A stretch of DNA of 64,000 nucleotides from assembly GCA_021741585.1 (NCBI GenBank), contig JAIOXN010000001.1, positions 609,059 through 673,058 on the forward strand, in the 5' to 3' direction. Under the pieces are notes generated by a model. It had not been told where the DNA came from, did no database searches, and saw only the letters and a list, made by a program, of their open reading frames with translations. This stretch comes from Aquiluna sp. (lineage in GTDB: Bacteria; Actinomycetota; Actinomycetes; Actinomycetales; Microbacteriaceae). Numbering within the stretch: position 1 is the first letter of the stretch; every line of letters begins with the position of its first letter. This document shows, in pieces, positions 37,881-50,382 of the stretch. Made by a program: the position numbers and the translations under genes.

Positions 37881-39098
37881 CTAAGCCAAACGAGTTTTGA
37901 GATTAGCCGCGATGCTTGCCATGAACTCCTCGGTGGTTTCCCACTTCTGGTCCTTGCCGACAAGAGCTGCTAGATCCTTGGTCATTGAACCGGCTTCAAC
38001 GGTCTCGATGATTACATCCTCTAGGGTCTGTGCGAAAGCTGCGACCTCTGGAGTGCCATCAAGCTTGGCGCGGTGCATTAGACCACGAGTCCAAGCGAAG
38101 ATGGATGCAATTGGGTTGGTTGAGGTCTTCTCACCGCGCTGGTGAGCGCGGTAGTGGCGGGTCACGGTTCCGTGAGCAGCCTCAGCCAATGCAACCTTGC
38201 CATCTGGAGTGGTCAGAACCGAGGTCATTAGACCCAAAGAACCAAAGCCCTGGGCAACGGTGTCGGACTGAACATCGCCGTCATAGTTCTTACAGGCCCA
38301 AACGTAGCCACCTTCCCATTTGAGGCAGGCGGCAACCATGTCATCGATTAGTCGGTGCTCATAGGTAAGACCTGCAGCTGCAAAACGGTCTGCATACTCT
38401 GCATCAAATACCTGCTGGAAGGCGTCCTTGAATGCGCCATCGTAAGCCTTCAAGATTGTGTTCTTGGTTGACATGTAAACCGGGTAGTTGCGAGCTAGTC
38501 CGTAGTTGAAAGAAGCACGAGCAAAGTCACGAATTGAATCCATGTAGTTGTACATACCCATTGCAACGCCACCCTCAGCTGGGTAGTCAGCAATGGTCCA
38601 GGTCTGACCCTCTGAGCCATCCTCTGGAGTCCAGGTCATTGTGACCTTACCCTTGCCAGGAACCTTGAAGTCTGTCGCCTTGTACTGATCACCGTGAGCG
38701 TGACGGCCAATGATGATTGGCTTGGTCCAACCAGGAACAAGTCTTGGAACGTTGGAAATAATGATTGGCTCGCGGAAAACCACACCGTCCAAAATGTTTC
38801 GGATGGTTCCATTTGGTGAGCGCCACATCTTCTTGAGCTTGAACTCTTCAACGCGGGCTTCGTCTGGGGTGATGGTTGCACACTTCACGCCAACGCCGTG
38901 CTTCTGAATTGCGTGAGCTGCATCGATAGTCACCTGGTCATCGGTGGCATCGCGGTTCTCAACCGATAGGTCGTAGTACTCGAGGTCCACGTCCAAAAAC
39001 GGAAGGATCAAACTCTTTTTGATTTCATCCCAAATGATGCGGGTCATCTCGTCGCCGTCTAGCTCGACGACCTTGCCAACCACCTTGATTTTGCTCAT
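37881..39098 (-). CDS. icd: NADP-dependent isocitrate dehydrogenase (homodimeric, subfamily II).
   Basis: The start [23 protein letters not shown] is the type-II IDH N-terminus; the ORF-track start at 39122 adds 8 codons. Confidence 0.9.
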   Translation of the reverse strand: MSKIKVVGKVVELDGDEMTRIIWDEIKKSLILPFLDVDLEYYDLSVENRDATDDQVTIDAAHAIQKHGVGVKCATITPDEARVEEFKLKKMWRSPNGTIRNILDGVVFREPIIISNVPRLVPGWTKPIIIGRHAHGDQYKATDFKVPGKGKVTMTWTPEDGSEGQTWTIADYPAEGGVAMGMYNYMDSIRDFARASFNYGLARNYPVYMSTKNTILKAYDGAFKDAFQQVFDAEYADRFAAAGLTYEHRLIDDMVAACLKWEGGYVWACKNYDGDVQSDTVAQGFGSLGLMTSVLTTPDGKVALAEAAHGTVTRHYRAHQRGEKTSTNPIASIFAWTRGLMHRAKLDGTPEVAAFAQTLEDVIIETVEAGSMTKDLAALVGKDQKWETTEEFMASIAANLKTRLA

Positions 39099-39168
39099 GG
39101 TTCTCCTGAAAATAATGCGCAAAAAGCGCGAAACGGGCTTCTCTAAGCCTATCGGTTAGCATTGCCCA

Positions 39169-40581
39169 ATGCGTCTTTTCTCAAAAGCCCTCATTGCCGC
39201 AGTGACATCAGCCCTAGTGCTCTCCGGCTGCTCTTCTGAACCACAAACACCAAAGACTTACGAGTCTGAAGTTGGGATTCAGCTGTTTATGTGGAATTGG
39301 GATTCGATTGCGCAGGAGTGCGAGTTTCTAGGTGATTCCGGAGTCGACTGGGTGCTCACCTCACCGCCACAAGAACACATCCAGGGTGATGCCTGGTGGA
39401 CCTCCTACCAGCCGGTTAGCTACCAAATCCAATCCAAGCTCGGTAACAGAGACCAGTTCAAGAACATGGTTGAGACTTGTGCCAACAACGAAGTCGACAT
39501 CATCGCCGATGCCGTCATAAACCACATGGCAGGGGTTGATTCGGGCACAGGCACTGCCGGCACCAAATTCACCAAATACGAGTATCCGAATCTTTACACA
39601 AAGGCAGATTTCCACAACTGCAACCTCACCCCAAACGACCAAATCCAGAACTACCAAGATCGCCAACAGGTGCAAACCTGTGAGCTTGTTGGCCTGAGCG
39701 ATCTTGATCACAAGAGCCAGAAGGTTCAAACCAACATCCTGGGCTATCTCAATGATCTGCTCGCTCTTGGCGTGAAGGGCTTCCGGATTGATGCCGCTAA
39801 ACACATCTATGCCCCCGAACTTGAAACGATAATTACCCAATTACCAGAGGGAACACGAATCCTCAATGAGGTGATTCAGTCAAGTGGCGAGCCGATCAAG
39901 GCAACCGAGTATTTACCTTTTGGCGAGGTCTTCGAGTTTGACTATGCCAAGTCTCTAAAGAGCATGTTCAAGGGCCAAGTTATTACCCCTGCCGCAAACA
40001 CAACCCGGTTTGATGGCTATGCCCCAAGCTCACAGTCTGCAATCTTTGCCTCAAACCACGACACCGAGCGCAACAGCCAAACCTTGAACTACAAAACTGC
40101 CAAAGACTTTGAACTGGCAACAGCCCTCTTGCTTGCCGAAAACTACGGCCAGCCGATTCTTTATTCTTCATACGCTTTTGAAAGCTACGACGCTGGCCCC
40201 AAGCAAGAAAATAACCTGATTGCGAATGCTACCTGCGAGGGTGACCCTGCGCCAAAGGATGAGTATGTAACTGGTGAGTGGATTTGCCAGCACCGCTGGG
40301 AATCAACGCTGAACATGATTACTTTCCACAAACAAACCTCCGGTCTTGAGATCCAAAATCGCTTCAAGACCAGGGGTGTTTATGGGTTCTCAAAAGCAAA
40401 TCTGGGCTATTTCATCACCAACGTTCTAGCAAAAGACGAAGTAGAAATCGAAGTGGAAACCGGCCTGCCGGATGGTGAATACCAGAACCTTTTCGAAGCC
40501 GGAAGTTACCAAATCGTGGATGGAATCCTGAGAGCGACAATGCCACCTAAAAGCGCGATTGCACTATTGGTTCAGGACTAA
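39169..40581 (+). CDS. GH13 alpha-amylase lipoprotein.
   Basis: Lipobox LSGCSS; GH13 regions [25 protein letters not shown]. Confidence 0.85.
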   Translation: MRLFSKALIAAVTSALVLSGCSSEPQTPKTYESEVGIQLFMWNWDSIAQECEFLGDSGVDWVLTSPPQEHIQGDAWWTSYQPVSYQIQSKLGNRDQFKNMVETCANNEVDIIADAVINHMAGVDSGTGTAGTKFTKYEYPNLYTKADFHNCNLTPNDQIQNYQDRQQVQTCELVGLSDLDHKSQKVQTNILGYLNDLLALGVKGFRIDAAKHIYAPELETIITQLPEGTRILNEVIQSSGEPIKATEYLPFGEVFEFDYAKSLKSMFKGQVITPAANTTRFDGYAPSSQSAIFASNHDTERNSQTLNYKTAKDFELATALLLAENYGQPILYSSYAFESYDAGPKQENNLIANATCEGDPAPKDEYVTGEWICQHRWESTLNMITFHKQTSGLEIQNRFKTRGVYGFSKANLGYFITNVLAKDEVEIEVETGLPDGEYQNLFEAGSYQIVDGILRATMPPKSAIALLVQD

Positions 40582-42383
40582 ACCAAAGAGTCTCGCCAGG
40601 CTTCATAGAGCCTTGAGAACTTGCCTCCATTTTCAACAAGCTCAACTGGGGAGCCGTCTTCAATCACCTTGCCATGCTCCATCACTAAGACTCGGTCGGC
40701 AATCGAAACAGTGGATAACCTGTGAGCAATAATCACTGCGGTTCGGCCCCTCAAGAGCGTCTTCAGACCATTTTGAACCATCTTCTCCGATGGAATATCC
40801 AGTGAGCTGGTTGCCTCATCCAGAATTAGCACCGCTGGGTTTGCCAAGAATGCTCTTGCGAATGAAATCAACTGGCGCTGACCAGAGGAAACCCTGCCAC
40901 CGCGTTTATTCACGTCGGTGTCATAACCATCCGGAAGAGACTCAATGAACTCGTGTGCACCAACTGCTTTTGCAGCAATAACCACATCTTCCATGCTTGC
41001 CCCGGGGCGACCAAGCTGAATGTTCTCGGCGACCGATCCGGAAAATAGATAGGCCTCCTGAGTCACCATGACCACCTCACGCCGCAAGTCACCATTGGAA
41101 ATATCCCTTAGATCCACGCCATCAAGCTTCACGCTTCCCTTGGATGGGTCATAGAACCTAGAAATCAACTTCGCCAAAGTGGACTTTCCTGCACCAGTGG
41201 TGCCAACCAGGGCGATGGTTTGCCCGGCAGGGATGTCCAAGGTGAAGGGGTGCAAAACAACCCCACCGGTTGAATACTGGAATTCAACCTCGGAGAAGGA
41301 AACATTGCCTGAAGCGTTCGCAAATGAAACTGGACTCTTTGGCTCTGGAACGGTTGGCTCTTCCTGCAAAACTCCAGAGATTTTTTCAAGAGCAGAAGCT
41401 GCCGATTGATAGGAGTTATAGAAAATTGCAATTTGTTCCATCGGTTCGAAGAACCTTCTGGAATACAAAATGGCCGCGGTCAGGACGCCAATCCCCAAGG
41501 ACCCATCCAAGACTCGGAATCCGCCAAACAACAGAACTGCTGCGACCGTGATATTTCCAATCAAGATTAGACCTGGGTCGTAAATACCAAATAGCTGTAT
41601 TAGCCGTGCGTTGTGACGTCGGAAATCTTCTACCAGCCCACCAAAGTGATTCTCGTTTCGCTTCTCCTTTCGGAATGCCTTGACCGCGCGAATGCCGGTC
41701 ATGCTTTCCACGAAGTATTGAATCTGTCGCGAGGAAGCCACTTTTTGTTTGCGATAGCCAAGCAAGGTTTGCACCTGGAACCACCTGGTCAGAATCGCCA
41801 AAGGCAATAGCGCAATCAGCAAGATGAAGAAGCTTGGTGGATCCAGCAAGAGCAGTGCAACGGCCGTGAAAATCATGAAGGTTCCGGACACCACCAATTC
41901 GCTCAAACCACCTGAGAGCAATTCACCAATCGAATCTAGGTCGCTGGTTTGCCGCGCAATCACTCGGCCAGCGGTGTATTTCTCATGGAATTCAACCGAA
42001 AGCTTTTGGGTGTGCACGAACATCCGGTTGCGCAAATCAAAGAGCATCGCATTTGAAAGTCTTGCGGTCAGCATCAAGAAGTAATAGACCAATCCAGCGG
42101 CAAGTCCAGCGGCAGATAAGTAAACAAATATCGTCCAATACAAGGTCGAATAATCATTGAGCATCGCCTTGGGCAAAGCGGAGTCAATCGCGAAAGCAAT
42201 CAGCGCAGGACCGGCAACGCGAAGCGTTGTCGATGTCAGCACAATCGCAATCGCCAGGAAAATCTGCCGTTTGACCGGAGAAATCAATGAGCCCAGGAGC
42301 TTGCGAGATCTGGCCCTGATGTAGCGAGATTCAGTCTTGCTTAGGTCTGTGCGTTCCTCATCGTTTGTTCCGAACAGGCTCAT
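40578..42383 (-). CDS. ABC exporter, fused permease-ATPase (type I exporter), heterodimer partner B.
   Basis: 6-TM domain plus NBD with Walker [10 protein letters not shown], signature SSGQRQ, Walker B LILDEATS. Confidence 0.85.
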   Translation of the reverse strand: MSLFGTNDEERTDLSKTESRYIRARSRKLLGSLISPVKRQIFLAIAIVLTSTTLRVAGPALIAFAIDSALPKAMLNDYSTLYWTIFVYLSAAGLAAGLVYYFLMLTARLSNAMLFDLRNRMFVHTQKLSVEFHEKYTAGRVIARQTSDLDSIGELLSGGLSELVVSGTFMIFTAVALLLLDPPSFFILLIALLPLAILTRWFQVQTLLGYRKQKVASSRQIQYFVESMTGIRAVKAFRKEKRNENHFGGLVEDFRRHNARLIQLFGIYDPGLILIGNITVAAVLLFGGFRVLDGSLGIGVLTAAILYSRRFFEPMEQIAIFYNSYQSAASALEKISGVLQEEPTVPEPKSPVSFANASGNVSFSEVEFQYSTGGVVLHPFTLDIPAGQTIALVGTTGAGKSTLAKLISRFYDPSKGSVKLDGVDLRDISNGDLRREVVMVTQEAYLFSGSVAENIQLGRPGASMEDVVIAAKAVGAHEFIESLPDGYDTDVNKRGGRVSSGQRQLISFARAFLANPAVLILDEATSSLDIPSEKMVQNGLKTLLRGRTAVIIAHRLSTVSIADRVLVMEHGKVIEDGSPVELVENGGKFSRLYEAWRDSLV

Positions 42384-44155
42384 AGGTTCACCTCCCTAGC
42401 CTTGGTCTCTTCTTCCAAAGAAGAGATGACATAGCGATAGTGAGCAGAAGATTTCAGAAGCTCTTGATGAGTGCCAAAGCCGGTGATTTTGCCGTTTTCC
42501 ATCAGCGCAACCTTGTCCGCCAACATCACAGTTGATGGTCTATGCGCAACAATCAAAGCGGTGGTGGATTTTAGGACGTGCCTTAGTGCATCTTCCACCA
42601 TCGCTTCGGTATCAACATCAAGCGCAGAAAGCGGGTCGTCCAAAACCAAAATTCTCGGTTTTGCAGCTACCGCCCTGGCGAGCGCTAGCCTCTGGCGCTG
42701 ACCCCCGGAGAGCGAAAGCCCTTCCTCCCCGATCAAAGTATCAACGCCATTTGGAAGGTCATAAACAAAGTGCGCCTGAGCGATATCGATCGCCTGCTTA
42801 AAGTCAGCTTCTGTGGCATCCGGGTCGCCCAGCAACACGTTTTCGCGGACCGAAGATGAGAACAAGGTCGCATCCTCAAATGCCATGGCAATATGGGTGC
42901 GCAATTCAGATCTAGTCATGTCCCTGATGTCCACGCCATCAATCAGAATCGCACCCGAATCAACCTCATACAATCTTGTGGTCAACGCGGTTAACGTAGT
43001 TTTTCCTGACCCTGTTATTCCTATCAGAGCCACCGACTCGCCAGGTTCAAGTCGCAGGGTGACGCCGTCAATGATTCCTGGCTGGTTGGCCGGGGCATCT
43101 TGATATTTGAACCGAACGTCTCTGAATTCCAAAACACCATTGGGGTGCGCAACGCTTTTTGGGCTCTCTGGGTCGCGAATCAGATCCGGCTCATCCATGA
43201 CTTCGAAGAATCGAGTGGTGGCACTCTTGGCCTCGAGCGTGAAGCCAAGCAGGAATCCGAGAGACTCGGTTGGCCACCGCAAGACCATGGCGGTTGCCAC
43301 GAAAGCCACCAAAGTACCAACTGAAATCTCTCCGTTGGCAGCCAAAATCACTCCGGCTAATAAAGCCAAACCAAGCGCCAGTTCCGGAATGAGAATTAGA
43401 TAAAGCCAGATGTTAGCAACCGCTCTGGCCTTCAGGATTTGAGTGTTAAATAGCTCTCTTGCCTGTTTGGAAAACTGGTTCGAAGCGAAGTCCCCGCGGC
43501 CAAATGCCTTCAAAACTCGAACACCGTGGACAGCTTCTTCCACCCTGGTTGCAAGGTCGCCGGCTTGATCCTGGGAGAGTCTTGCGATTGTGCCGTATTG
43601 GCTTTCAAACTTAAAGCCAATCAACCAAATCGGAACCGATGCGATTGTGAAGATAAGGCCCAGCCAAAAGTTGAAGGTGAACAAAAGCGCGAGACCAACT
43701 ATCAGTGTGATCAGGTTTGCGGTAAGCAAGACCAGACCAAAACTCAACCAACGGCGTATCAGGTTCAAATCCGAAATAGCCCTTGAGATCAACTGTCCCG
43801 ATGGCCAGCGATCATGGAATGCCACCGGTAGATCCTGCAACTTGGCATAAATCGTGTTTCGCATTCGGGCTTCGACGAACGTCCCGGGCATTAGAACCAA
43901 CCAGCGCCTCAGAAGCACAAACATTGCCTCGGCAAAGCCGAGCCCTAGAATCAACAAAACCGCAGGAATTAGTGCATCTAGACCTCCGGACACTAGAGAG
44001 TTGACAAGATCTCGCAGGAACTGCGGAATGGCCAGAGCAAACATGTGGGCGGCAATAGCCGCAACTATGCCAAGCATCAACCTTGGTACAGCGGATTTGG
44101 CGTATGGCAAAAGACGCCAGAGCGTTCTAAAGCTGCCTTTGGGTTTTTGCGACAT
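42380..44155 (-). CDS. ABC exporter, fused permease-ATPase, heterodimer partner A.
   Basis: Walker [10 protein letters not shown], signature LSGGQRQ, Walker B LVLDDPLS; overlaps its partner by 4 nt. Confidence 0.85.
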   Translation of the reverse strand: MSQKPKGSFRTLWRLLPYAKSAVPRLMLGIVAAIAAHMFALAIPQFLRDLVNSLVSGGLDALIPAVLLILGLGFAEAMFVLLRRWLVLMPGTFVEARMRNTIYAKLQDLPVAFHDRWPSGQLISRAISDLNLIRRWLSFGLVLLTANLITLIVGLALLFTFNFWLGLIFTIASVPIWLIGFKFESQYGTIARLSQDQAGDLATRVEEAVHGVRVLKAFGRGDFASNQFSKQARELFNTQILKARAVANIWLYLILIPELALGLALLAGVILAANGEISVGTLVAFVATAMVLRWPTESLGFLLGFTLEAKSATTRFFEVMDEPDLIRDPESPKSVAHPNGVLEFRDVRFKYQDAPANQPGIIDGVTLRLEPGESVALIGITGSGKTTLTALTTRLYEVDSGAILIDGVDIRDMTRSELRTHIAMAFEDATLFSSSVRENVLLGDPDATEADFKQAIDIAQAHFVYDLPNGVDTLIGEEGLSLSGGQRQRLALARAVAAKPRILVLDDPLSALDVDTEAMVEDALRHVLKSTTALIVAHRPSTVMLADKVALMENGKITGFGTHQELLKSSAHYRYVISSLEEETKAREVNL

Positions 44156-44239
44156 TATCCATCCCTGCCGCCATGAGTTAGGCAGCCTTTCAGGGTATCA
44201 GTAGTAACAATCCGCAATAAAGAAATAGTCCAAAAAGAA

Positions 44240-44764
44240 ATGAGTTTTTATAGAGCGAACCCAGAAGGAGACATCATGTCGATTACAGACAGCTACCTAG
44301 AAAACAACAAGAAATATGCCGCAACTTTCAAAGGTCCACTTCCTTTGCCACCTGCAAAGCACGTTGCAATCCTTGCCTGCATGGATGCTCGCCTAAATGT
44401 TTATGGAGCACTTGGCATCCAAGAGGGTGAGGCACACGTGATTCGCAATGCCGGTGGTGTTGTGACAGAAGACGAGATTCGCTCATTGGCAATCAGCCAG
44501 AGGCTTCTAGGAACCAAGGAAATCATCCTCATCCACCACACCGATTGCGGCATGCTCACATTCACTGATGACGGCTTCAAGAAGTCGATTCAAGAAGAAG
44601 TTGGCATCAAGCCCAACTGGGCCGCAGAGGCTTTCAACGATATTGATGAGGACGTCCGCCAATCAATCTCAAGGATCAAGCACTCAGCCTTCATCCCACA
44701 CACCGATTCAGTTCGTGGTTTTGTCTTTGACGTCGCAACTGGGCTTCTTAACGAAGTTAAATAG
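44240..44764 (+). CDS. Beta-class carbonic anhydrase. The start may be MSITDS at 44276.
   Basis: Zinc ligands in ACMDAR...HHTDCGM. Confidence 0.8.
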   Translation: MSFYRANPEGDIMSITDSYLENNKKYAATFKGPLPLPPAKHVAILACMDARLNVYGALGIQEGEAHVIRNAGGVVTEDEIRSLAISQRLLGTKEIILIHHTDCGMLTFTDDGFKKSIQEEVGIKPNWAAEAFNDIDEDVRQSISRIKHSAFIPHTDSVRGFVFDVATGLLNEVK

Positions 44765-44779
44765 TCACAAAAAAAAGAA

Positions 44780-44810
44780 AGAGGGAGGCGAGAGCCTCCC
44801 TCTTTTGCTA
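44780..44810. terminator. Bidirectional rho-independent terminator between the carbonic anhydrase gene and purH.
   Basis: agagggaggc-gaga-gcctccctct flanked by A8 upstream and TTTT downstream. Confidence 0.75.
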
Positions 44811-44815
44811 TTTAT

Positions 44816-46408
44816 TTAGTGGTAAAAGTGACGCTCTGAAGTGAAATACATAGTCACACCTGCAGCTTTTGCTGCTGCAATAACTTCTTCATCTCGAACA
44901 CTGCCGCCTGGCTGAACGACAGCGCTTACGCCAGCATCAAGCAGAACCTGAAGACCATCGGCAAACGGGAAGAATGCATCAGAGGCTGCGACTGAACCTG
45001 GGACCCGCTGGCCAGCTCTTGAGACTGCAAGTCGGCAAGAATCAACACGATTTACCTGACCCATTCCGATACCAACCGCAGCTCCATTTTTCGCAAGCAG
45101 GATGGCGTTGGATTTCACGGCTCTGGATGCACGCCAAGCAAATTCAAGATCTAGCATCTGCTCTTTTGTGGCAGGTGACCCGGTCACCAATTCCCACTTA
45201 GAACTGTCTAGTTTTTCAAAACCATCCGAGTCCTGCACCAATGCACCACCGGAAATCTGGCGGAACTCTGTGGTTGGTCTTTGATAGTCCCCCTGCAGCT
45301 CCAAAATTCTTAGGTTCTTCTTCTTTGAAAGAATTTCCAATGCCCCAGACTCAAAACCGGGGGCGATGATGACCTCGGTGAACACTTCAGATACCGCTTG
45401 TGCCATCAAAGTTGTCACCATCGAATTTGCAGCGATAACTCCCCCGAATGCCGAGACTGGATCTGTTTCATGAGCCCTGGAGTATGCACTTGCAATCGGG
45501 TCAACATCCCCCGGAAGAGCGACCGCAACGCCGCAAGGGTTTGCATGTTTGATGATCGCAACAGCAGGCTCTTTGTGATCAAATGCTGCGCGAAGCGCTG
45601 CATCGGTGTCGACATAGTTGTTATAAGACATCTCTTTGCCGCCCAAAAGCTTGGCTTGCGCAACACCAGGATTGACTCCATCCTGGGAATAAAGAGCAGC
45701 ACTCTGGTGAGAGTTCTCGCCATAGCGCAAAGTGTTTTCCAGCTTGAAAGAAAGATTGAGTGTCTGAGGTGTTTGCTCAGCCGAGAACTCCTGAAGCATC
45801 CATGTAGCGACTGCAGAGTCGTAGGAAGCGGTGTGAGAGAAGGCCTCCTGCGCCAGTTTCCTGCGCAGTGCGAGAGTTGTGCCACCGGACTCAAGTGCTT
45901 GAAGCACTAGCTCGTAATTCTTTGGGTCAACAACAATTGCGACGTTGGCGTGGTTCTTGGCTGAAGCTCTAACCATTGCAGGTCCACCAATATCAATTTG
46001 CTCAACAACTGCGTCTCCCTTGGCCCCTGAATCCACCGTCTCAACAAACGGGTAGAGATTCACGCAAACCAAATCAAAAGCTTTGATTCCAAGTCCAGCT
46101 AGTTCACTGACGTGATCATCGAGTCGAAGATCTGCCAACAAACCTCCGTGAATCGAAGGGTGAAGGGTCTTTACTCGGCCGTCTAGGGACTCTGGGAAAC
46201 CAGTGACCTCAGATACTTCGGTGACCGGAAGACCTGCATCGGCGATCTGCTTCGCGGTTGAACCGGTGGAAACAATTTCGACCCCCAAGGCAACTAAGCC
46301 CTTGGCAAGATCCAGCAACCCCGTCTTATCGGAAACGGAGATCAAGGCCCTTTTCGGAGCGATCACATCGCGCTGGGAATATTCTTCTGGGTTTCTTGCC
46401 CCTGCCAT
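44816..46408 (-). CDS. purH: Bifunctional AICAR transformylase/IMP cyclohydrolase.
   Basis: 530 aa; MGS-like and AICARFT domains; ISVSDKTGL motif. Confidence 0.9.
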   Translation of the reverse strand: MAGARNPEEYSQRDVIAPKRALISVSDKTGLLDLAKGLVALGVEIVSTGSTAKQIADAGLPVTEVSEVTGFPESLDGRVKTLHPSIHGGLLADLRLDDHVSELAGLGIKAFDLVCVNLYPFVETVDSGAKGDAVVEQIDIGGPAMVRASAKNHANVAIVVDPKNYELVLQALESGGTTLALRRKLAQEAFSHTASYDSAVATWMLQEFSAEQTPQTLNLSFKLENTLRYGENSHQSAALYSQDGVNPGVAQAKLLGGKEMSYNNYVDTDAALRAAFDHKEPAVAIIKHANPCGVAVALPGDVDPIASAYSRAHETDPVSAFGGVIAANSMVTTLMAQAVSEVFTEVIIAPGFESGALEILSKKKNLRILELQGDYQRPTTEFRQISGGALVQDSDGFEKLDSSKWELVTGSPATKEQMLDLEFAWRASRAVKSNAILLAKNGAAVGIGMGQVNRVDSCRLAVSRAGQRVPGSVAASDAFFPFADGLQVLLDAGVSAVVQPGGSVRDEEVIAAAKAAGVTMYFTSERHFYH

Positions 46409-46998
46409 TACTGAGCCCTCTCGGATAGGTTGATCTTGCCTTCGGCAATCTCTCTAACAACGTCAATTAGCTGATCTCTCTCAACCGCTTTGATCATTTC
46501 GTGTAAATCGCCTTCGCTGATTCCACTGGGAATTGCGATGCTTTGTTGAGCCAAAATTGGTCCGGAGTCAACACCCGCATCAACGATATGAATTGTGCTT
46601 CCGGTTACTTGAGCATTTGCAGCAAGCGCATCTCTGACAGCGTGAGCTCCAGGAAAATCTGGAAGAAGCGACGGGTGCATGTTAATCAGATTTGGGCTAA
46701 GTGCCGAGACAAACTCCGCAGGCAATATCTTCATAAACCCCGCTAGAACAACGAGGTCCGGATTCATAAATTTCACGTTGGCCAATAGCGCTTTAGCCCA
46801 TGCTTCTCTTGACTCAAACCGGCCCGGCTCAACCACGAAGGTTGGGACACCGAAGTTTTCAGCGTGAGCAAGACCCGGGGCTGGGTTATCAGAACCTACC
46901 GCTAGGACCCTCACCGGGTAAAGCGGATTATCTGCCGCTTCTAATAGCGCCAATAGGTTCGAACCGGAACCTGAAATGAGAACCACAACCGAAAGCAC
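46408..46998 (-). CDS. purN: Phosphoribosylglycinamide formyltransferase.
   Basis: 196 aa; ISGSGSNL; NxHPSLLP motif. Confidence 0.9.
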   Translation of the reverse strand: MLSVVVLISGSGSNLLALLEAADNPLYPVRVLAVGSDNPAPGLAHAENFGVPTFVVEPGRFESREAWAKALLANVKFMNPDLVVLAGFMKILPAEFVSALSPNLINMHPSLLPDFPGAHAVRDALAANAQVTGSTIHIVDAGVDSGPILAQQSIAIPSGISEGDLHEMIKAVERDQLIDVVREIAEGKINLSERAQ

Positions 46999-48248
46999 TA
47001 GCTTCTCCGATCTGCCGCGTCTGAATATGGCCTTATCACAATCAATCCGGCCAAGAAGCTTGGGATTAGCACCTCAAAAAACACAGCGATTGCCACCAAG
47101 ACCGAATTTGAACCAATAAATTCGAAGCGACCAGGCCCAAAGCTTCCCGATGCCAAAAGCACCAGAAGAAAAGCTGCCAAAGCTGCCACGAGAGCGGCCA
47201 TGAACGCAAAGGCTAATGATGCCGAGAACCGAGTGGCATATTCCCACCGCATTTGATCCGTGAATCTTTTGACCAAGAGCGTTCCAAGAAAAGCGGCTAC
47301 AACCGGAACTAAAACAAACAAGATTCCACGATCGAAACCACCGGTTGGGATTGCCGCGAAAATCGGGAAAGCCGGCATCGGACCAAGTTGGGTGGCTAGA
47401 GGCGATACCGAAGACCCAACTCCAATTGAAAAGCCAACGCCAGAAATCCACGCCAATCCATAAATCAAGAGGTTTGGCAAAATAGCGAGCTGCCCAAGTG
47501 TCAAAAGAACCCCCCCGAGGATGCTGACGCGCATTCCCTCATAAAGCCGAACAACCTCAATCCATCCAAAACCAAGAGATAGCGCCAGTGCCAACGAGCT
47601 AACCATCAACATTGCGGCGACCACTCCCAGACCAACCCGGGAAGCTGGGCTAAGCACGGTGGAAAGGGACCAGTGCAACTTGGAGAAGGAATTCTTTGCG
47701 AAGTTCCTGACCCAAATTCGCTCTTTGGCCTCCGGCCCATTAGCACCCTCAAAAAGTTCGAATCTGGATCCAGCCACCGAGGCAATGAAGACGAGTGAAC
47801 CAAAGAATAACGCTGGGGAGATCAAGGGTGCCCACTCGGCCACCAACACAGCTTCACCTGCGACCAACATATTTGCACCCAAGCCGATGGCACCAAATGT
47901 TGCTGCTCCACCAATCCAGGCTGGCCATATTGAAGAGGCTGCGGAGAGACGGTGCCCGATTCGCAGAACCATGAGCGCCATCAACAGAGTTAATCCAAGT
48001 GGAAGAGCGCTCATCGTGAATTCTGGAAAAGGAATTTCTAGAATCTCGCCCGCTGAGAAATGCAATGGCACACCACAAGCTAGCAAGAATGCATAAACTG
48101 CCACCCGCAGCGCCACCAAATAGTCGATTTCGCCATTGCCTTCAATAAACCAGGCAAGAGTGAGAGGGGCAACAACAACGCCAATGGCAATAGCAGCAAT
48201 AATCAGCGCTTGGAGCGCTGCAACGGCGAAGCTAAGCCCCCGATTCAC
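46998..48248 (-). CDS. DUF6350/PerM-like polytopic membrane protein.
   Basis: About 10 TM helices, 416 aa. Position between sucD and purN matches Mycobacterium Rv0955 (PerM) synteny. Confidence 0.5.
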   Translation of the reverse strand: MNRGLSFAVAALQALIIAAIAIGVVVAPLTLAWFIEGNGEIDYLVALRVAVYAFLLACGVPLHFSAGEILEIPFPEFTMSALPLGLTLLMALMVLRIGHRLSAASSIWPAWIGGAATFGAIGLGANMLVAGEAVLVAEWAPLISPALFFGSLVFIASVAGSRFELFEGANGPEAKERIWVRNFAKNSFSKLHWSLSTVLSPASRVGLGVVAAMLMVSSLALALSLGFGWIEVVRLYEGMRVSILGGVLLTLGQLAILPNLLIYGLAWISGVGFSIGVGSSVSPLATQLGPMPAFPIFAAIPTGGFDRGILFVLVPVVAAFLGTLLVKRFTDQMRWEYATRFSASLAFAFMAALVAALAAFLLVLLASGSFGPGRFEFIGSNSVLVAIAVFFEVLIPSFLAGLIVIRPYSDAADRRS

Positions 48249-48254
48249 GATGAG

Positions 48255-49142
48255 CTAGAGGTTTGCGATGATGCCACGCATGAGCTCAGCGGTCTCAGAA
48301 GGAGTCTTTCCAACCTTGACGCCAACAGCCTCAAATGCTTCCTTCTTGGCCTGAGCGGTACCGGCAGAACCAGAAACAATTGCGCCCGCGTGACCCATGG
48401 TCTTACCCTCTGGAGCGGTGAAGCCTGCAACATAAGCAACTACCGGCTTGGTGACGTGCTTTGCGATGTAGGCTGCAGCCTTCTCCTCAGAGTCACCACC
48501 AATTTCACCGATCAAGACGATTGCCTTGGTTTCAGGGTCGTTCTCGAAAGCCTCAAGTGCATCGATGTGGGTGGTGCCAATAACTGGGTCTCCACCAATA
48601 CCAATAGCGGTTGAGAAACCGATCTCACGAAGTTCATACATCATCTGGTAGGTCAGAGTTCCAGACTTGGAAACCAGGCCGATTGGTCCAGTACCTGCAA
48701 TGTTTGATGGAGTAATACCAGCGTTGGACTGTCCCGGAGAGATGATTCCTGGGCAGTTTGGTCCAATCAAGCGGGTCTTCTGACCCTTCTCTACGTTGTA
48801 AGCCCAAGCCGATGCGGAATCGTGAACCGGGATACCCTCGGTGATGGCAACAGCCAAAGGAATCTCGGCGTCAATCGCCTCAACAATTGCAGCACCTGCG
48901 AATGCTGGTGGCACAAAAATCACGGAGACGTTTGCGCCGGTTGCTGCCATTGCATCTGCAACGGTTCCGAATACTGGAAGATCCTTGCCACCGATGTTGA
49001 CGGTCTCGCCAGCCTTGCGTGGGTTGACGCCACCAACAATGTTGGAGCCACCTGCAAGCATGCGAGCTGTGTGCTTCTGACCTTCGGCACCGGTCATTCC
49101 CTGAACGATGATTCGGGAGTCTGAGTTTAGATAAATTGCCAT
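48255..49142 (-). CDS. sucD: Succinate--CoA ligase alpha subunit.
   Basis: CoA-binding and phosphohistidine region (GHAGAIVSG). Confidence 0.9.
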   Translation of the reverse strand: MAIYLNSDSRIIVQGMTGAEGQKHTARMLAGGSNIVGGVNPRKAGETVNIGGKDLPVFGTVADAMAATGANVSVIFVPPAFAGAAIVEAIDAEIPLAVAITEGIPVHDSASAWAYNVEKGQKTRLIGPNCPGIISPGQSNAGITPSNIAGTGPIGLVSKSGTLTYQMMYELREIGFSTAIGIGGDPVIGTTHIDALEAFENDPETKAIVLIGEIGGDSEEKAAAYIAKHVTKPVVAYVAGFTAPEGKTMGHAGAIVSGSAGTAQAKKEAFEAVGVKVGKTPSETAELMRGIIANL

Positions 49143-49153
49143 GTTGCTACTCC

Positions 49154-50311
49154 CTACTTATTTGCCAAAGCGGCTGCCTTGTCGGCACCGCCGTCCATGG
49201 TGTCAGCCAATGAAACCAATGGGTGGTTGAAATCAGCGAGAATCTTGCGACCCTCTTCAACGTTGTTGCCATCTAGGCGAACGACAAGTGGCTTGGAAGC
49301 TCTCTCACCTAGGGTGTTGAGCGCTCCAACAATTCCGTTTGCCACCGCGTCACAAGCGGTGATTCCACCGAATACGTTCACAAACACGCTGCGAACCTGT
49401 GGGTCATTCAAAATCACATCGAGACCAGCAGCCATAACCTCAGCGGATGCGCCACCACCAATGTCCAGGAAGTTGGCTGGCTTCACATTGCCGTGGCGCT
49501 CACCTGCGTAAGCAACAACATCAAGTGTGCTCATAACTAGACCAGCACCGTTTCCGATGATTCCAACTTGGCCATCAAGTTTGACGTAGTTCAGATCCAT
49601 CTCTTTGGCCTTGGCCTCAAGTGGATCAAGCTGATCGCGCTCCATCTCTTCGCGCTCGTGACGGAACTCGGCGTTGTCGTCTAGAGTCACCTTGCCGTCA
49701 AGAGCAAGAATCTTTCCATCCTTGGTTAGAACAAGTGGGTTCACCTCGACCAAGGTCGCGTCTTCTTTTTTGAAGACGTCGTAGAGCTTCACAAAAACAT
49801 CAGCTACTGAATCAAGCAGCTCGTCTGGGAAACCGCCAGCCTTTGCAATCTCAAGAGCCTTGGCCTTGTCAATTCCAGTCACAGCAGAAACCGGAATCTT
49901 GGCTAGAGCATCTGGACGCTCAACTGCGAGCTGCTCGATCTCCATGCCACCCTCGACTGAACACAGGGAGAGGAAAGTTCGGTTTGAACGGTCTAGCAAT
50001 ACCGAGAAGTAGAACTCCTGGTCGATTGCCGCGCCCTGCGCGATCATCACGCGCTTTACAACATGGCCCTTGATGTCTAGGCCAAGAATCTTCTCAGCGG
50101 CAGCCTTGGCTTCCTCAGGTGAATGAACCACCTTGACGCCACCGGCCTTGCCTCGGCCACCCACTTTTACCTGGGCTTTGACAACAACTGTCCCGCCAAT
50201 GGCAGCTGCTGCAGCCTCGGCTTCCTCAGGAGTGTCGGCAATTTTGCCCTGCAAGACAGGGACGCCATAGTTTTCAAAAAGATCGCGCGCTTGGTACTCA
50301 AATAAATCCAC
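49154..50311 (-). CDS. sucC: Succinate--CoA ligase beta subunit.
   Basis: ATP-grasp N-terminus [12 protein letters not shown]. Confidence 0.9.
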   Translation of the reverse strand: MDLFEYQARDLFENYGVPVLQGKIADTPEEAEAAAAAIGGTVVVKAQVKVGGRGKAGGVKVVHSPEEAKAAAEKILGLDIKGHVVKRVMIAQGAAIDQEFYFSVLLDRSNRTFLSLCSVEGGMEIEQLAVERPDALAKIPVSAVTGIDKAKALEIAKAGGFPDELLDSVADVFVKLYDVFKKEDATLVEVNPLVLTKDGKILALDGKVTLDDNAEFRHEREEMERDQLDPLEAKAKEMDLNYVKLDGQVGIIGNGAGLVMSTLDVVAYAGERHGNVKPANFLDIGGGASAEVMAAGLDVILNDPQVRSVFVNVFGGITACDAVANGIVGALNTLGERASKPLVVRLDGNNVEEGRKILADFNHPLVSLADTMDGGADKAAALANK

Positions 50312-50382
50312 GGTGAATTTCCGTTCCTAGATCTGACGGACAACCCGATAATTCTAGCGAGTGATCCGTGCCCAATTGCCCG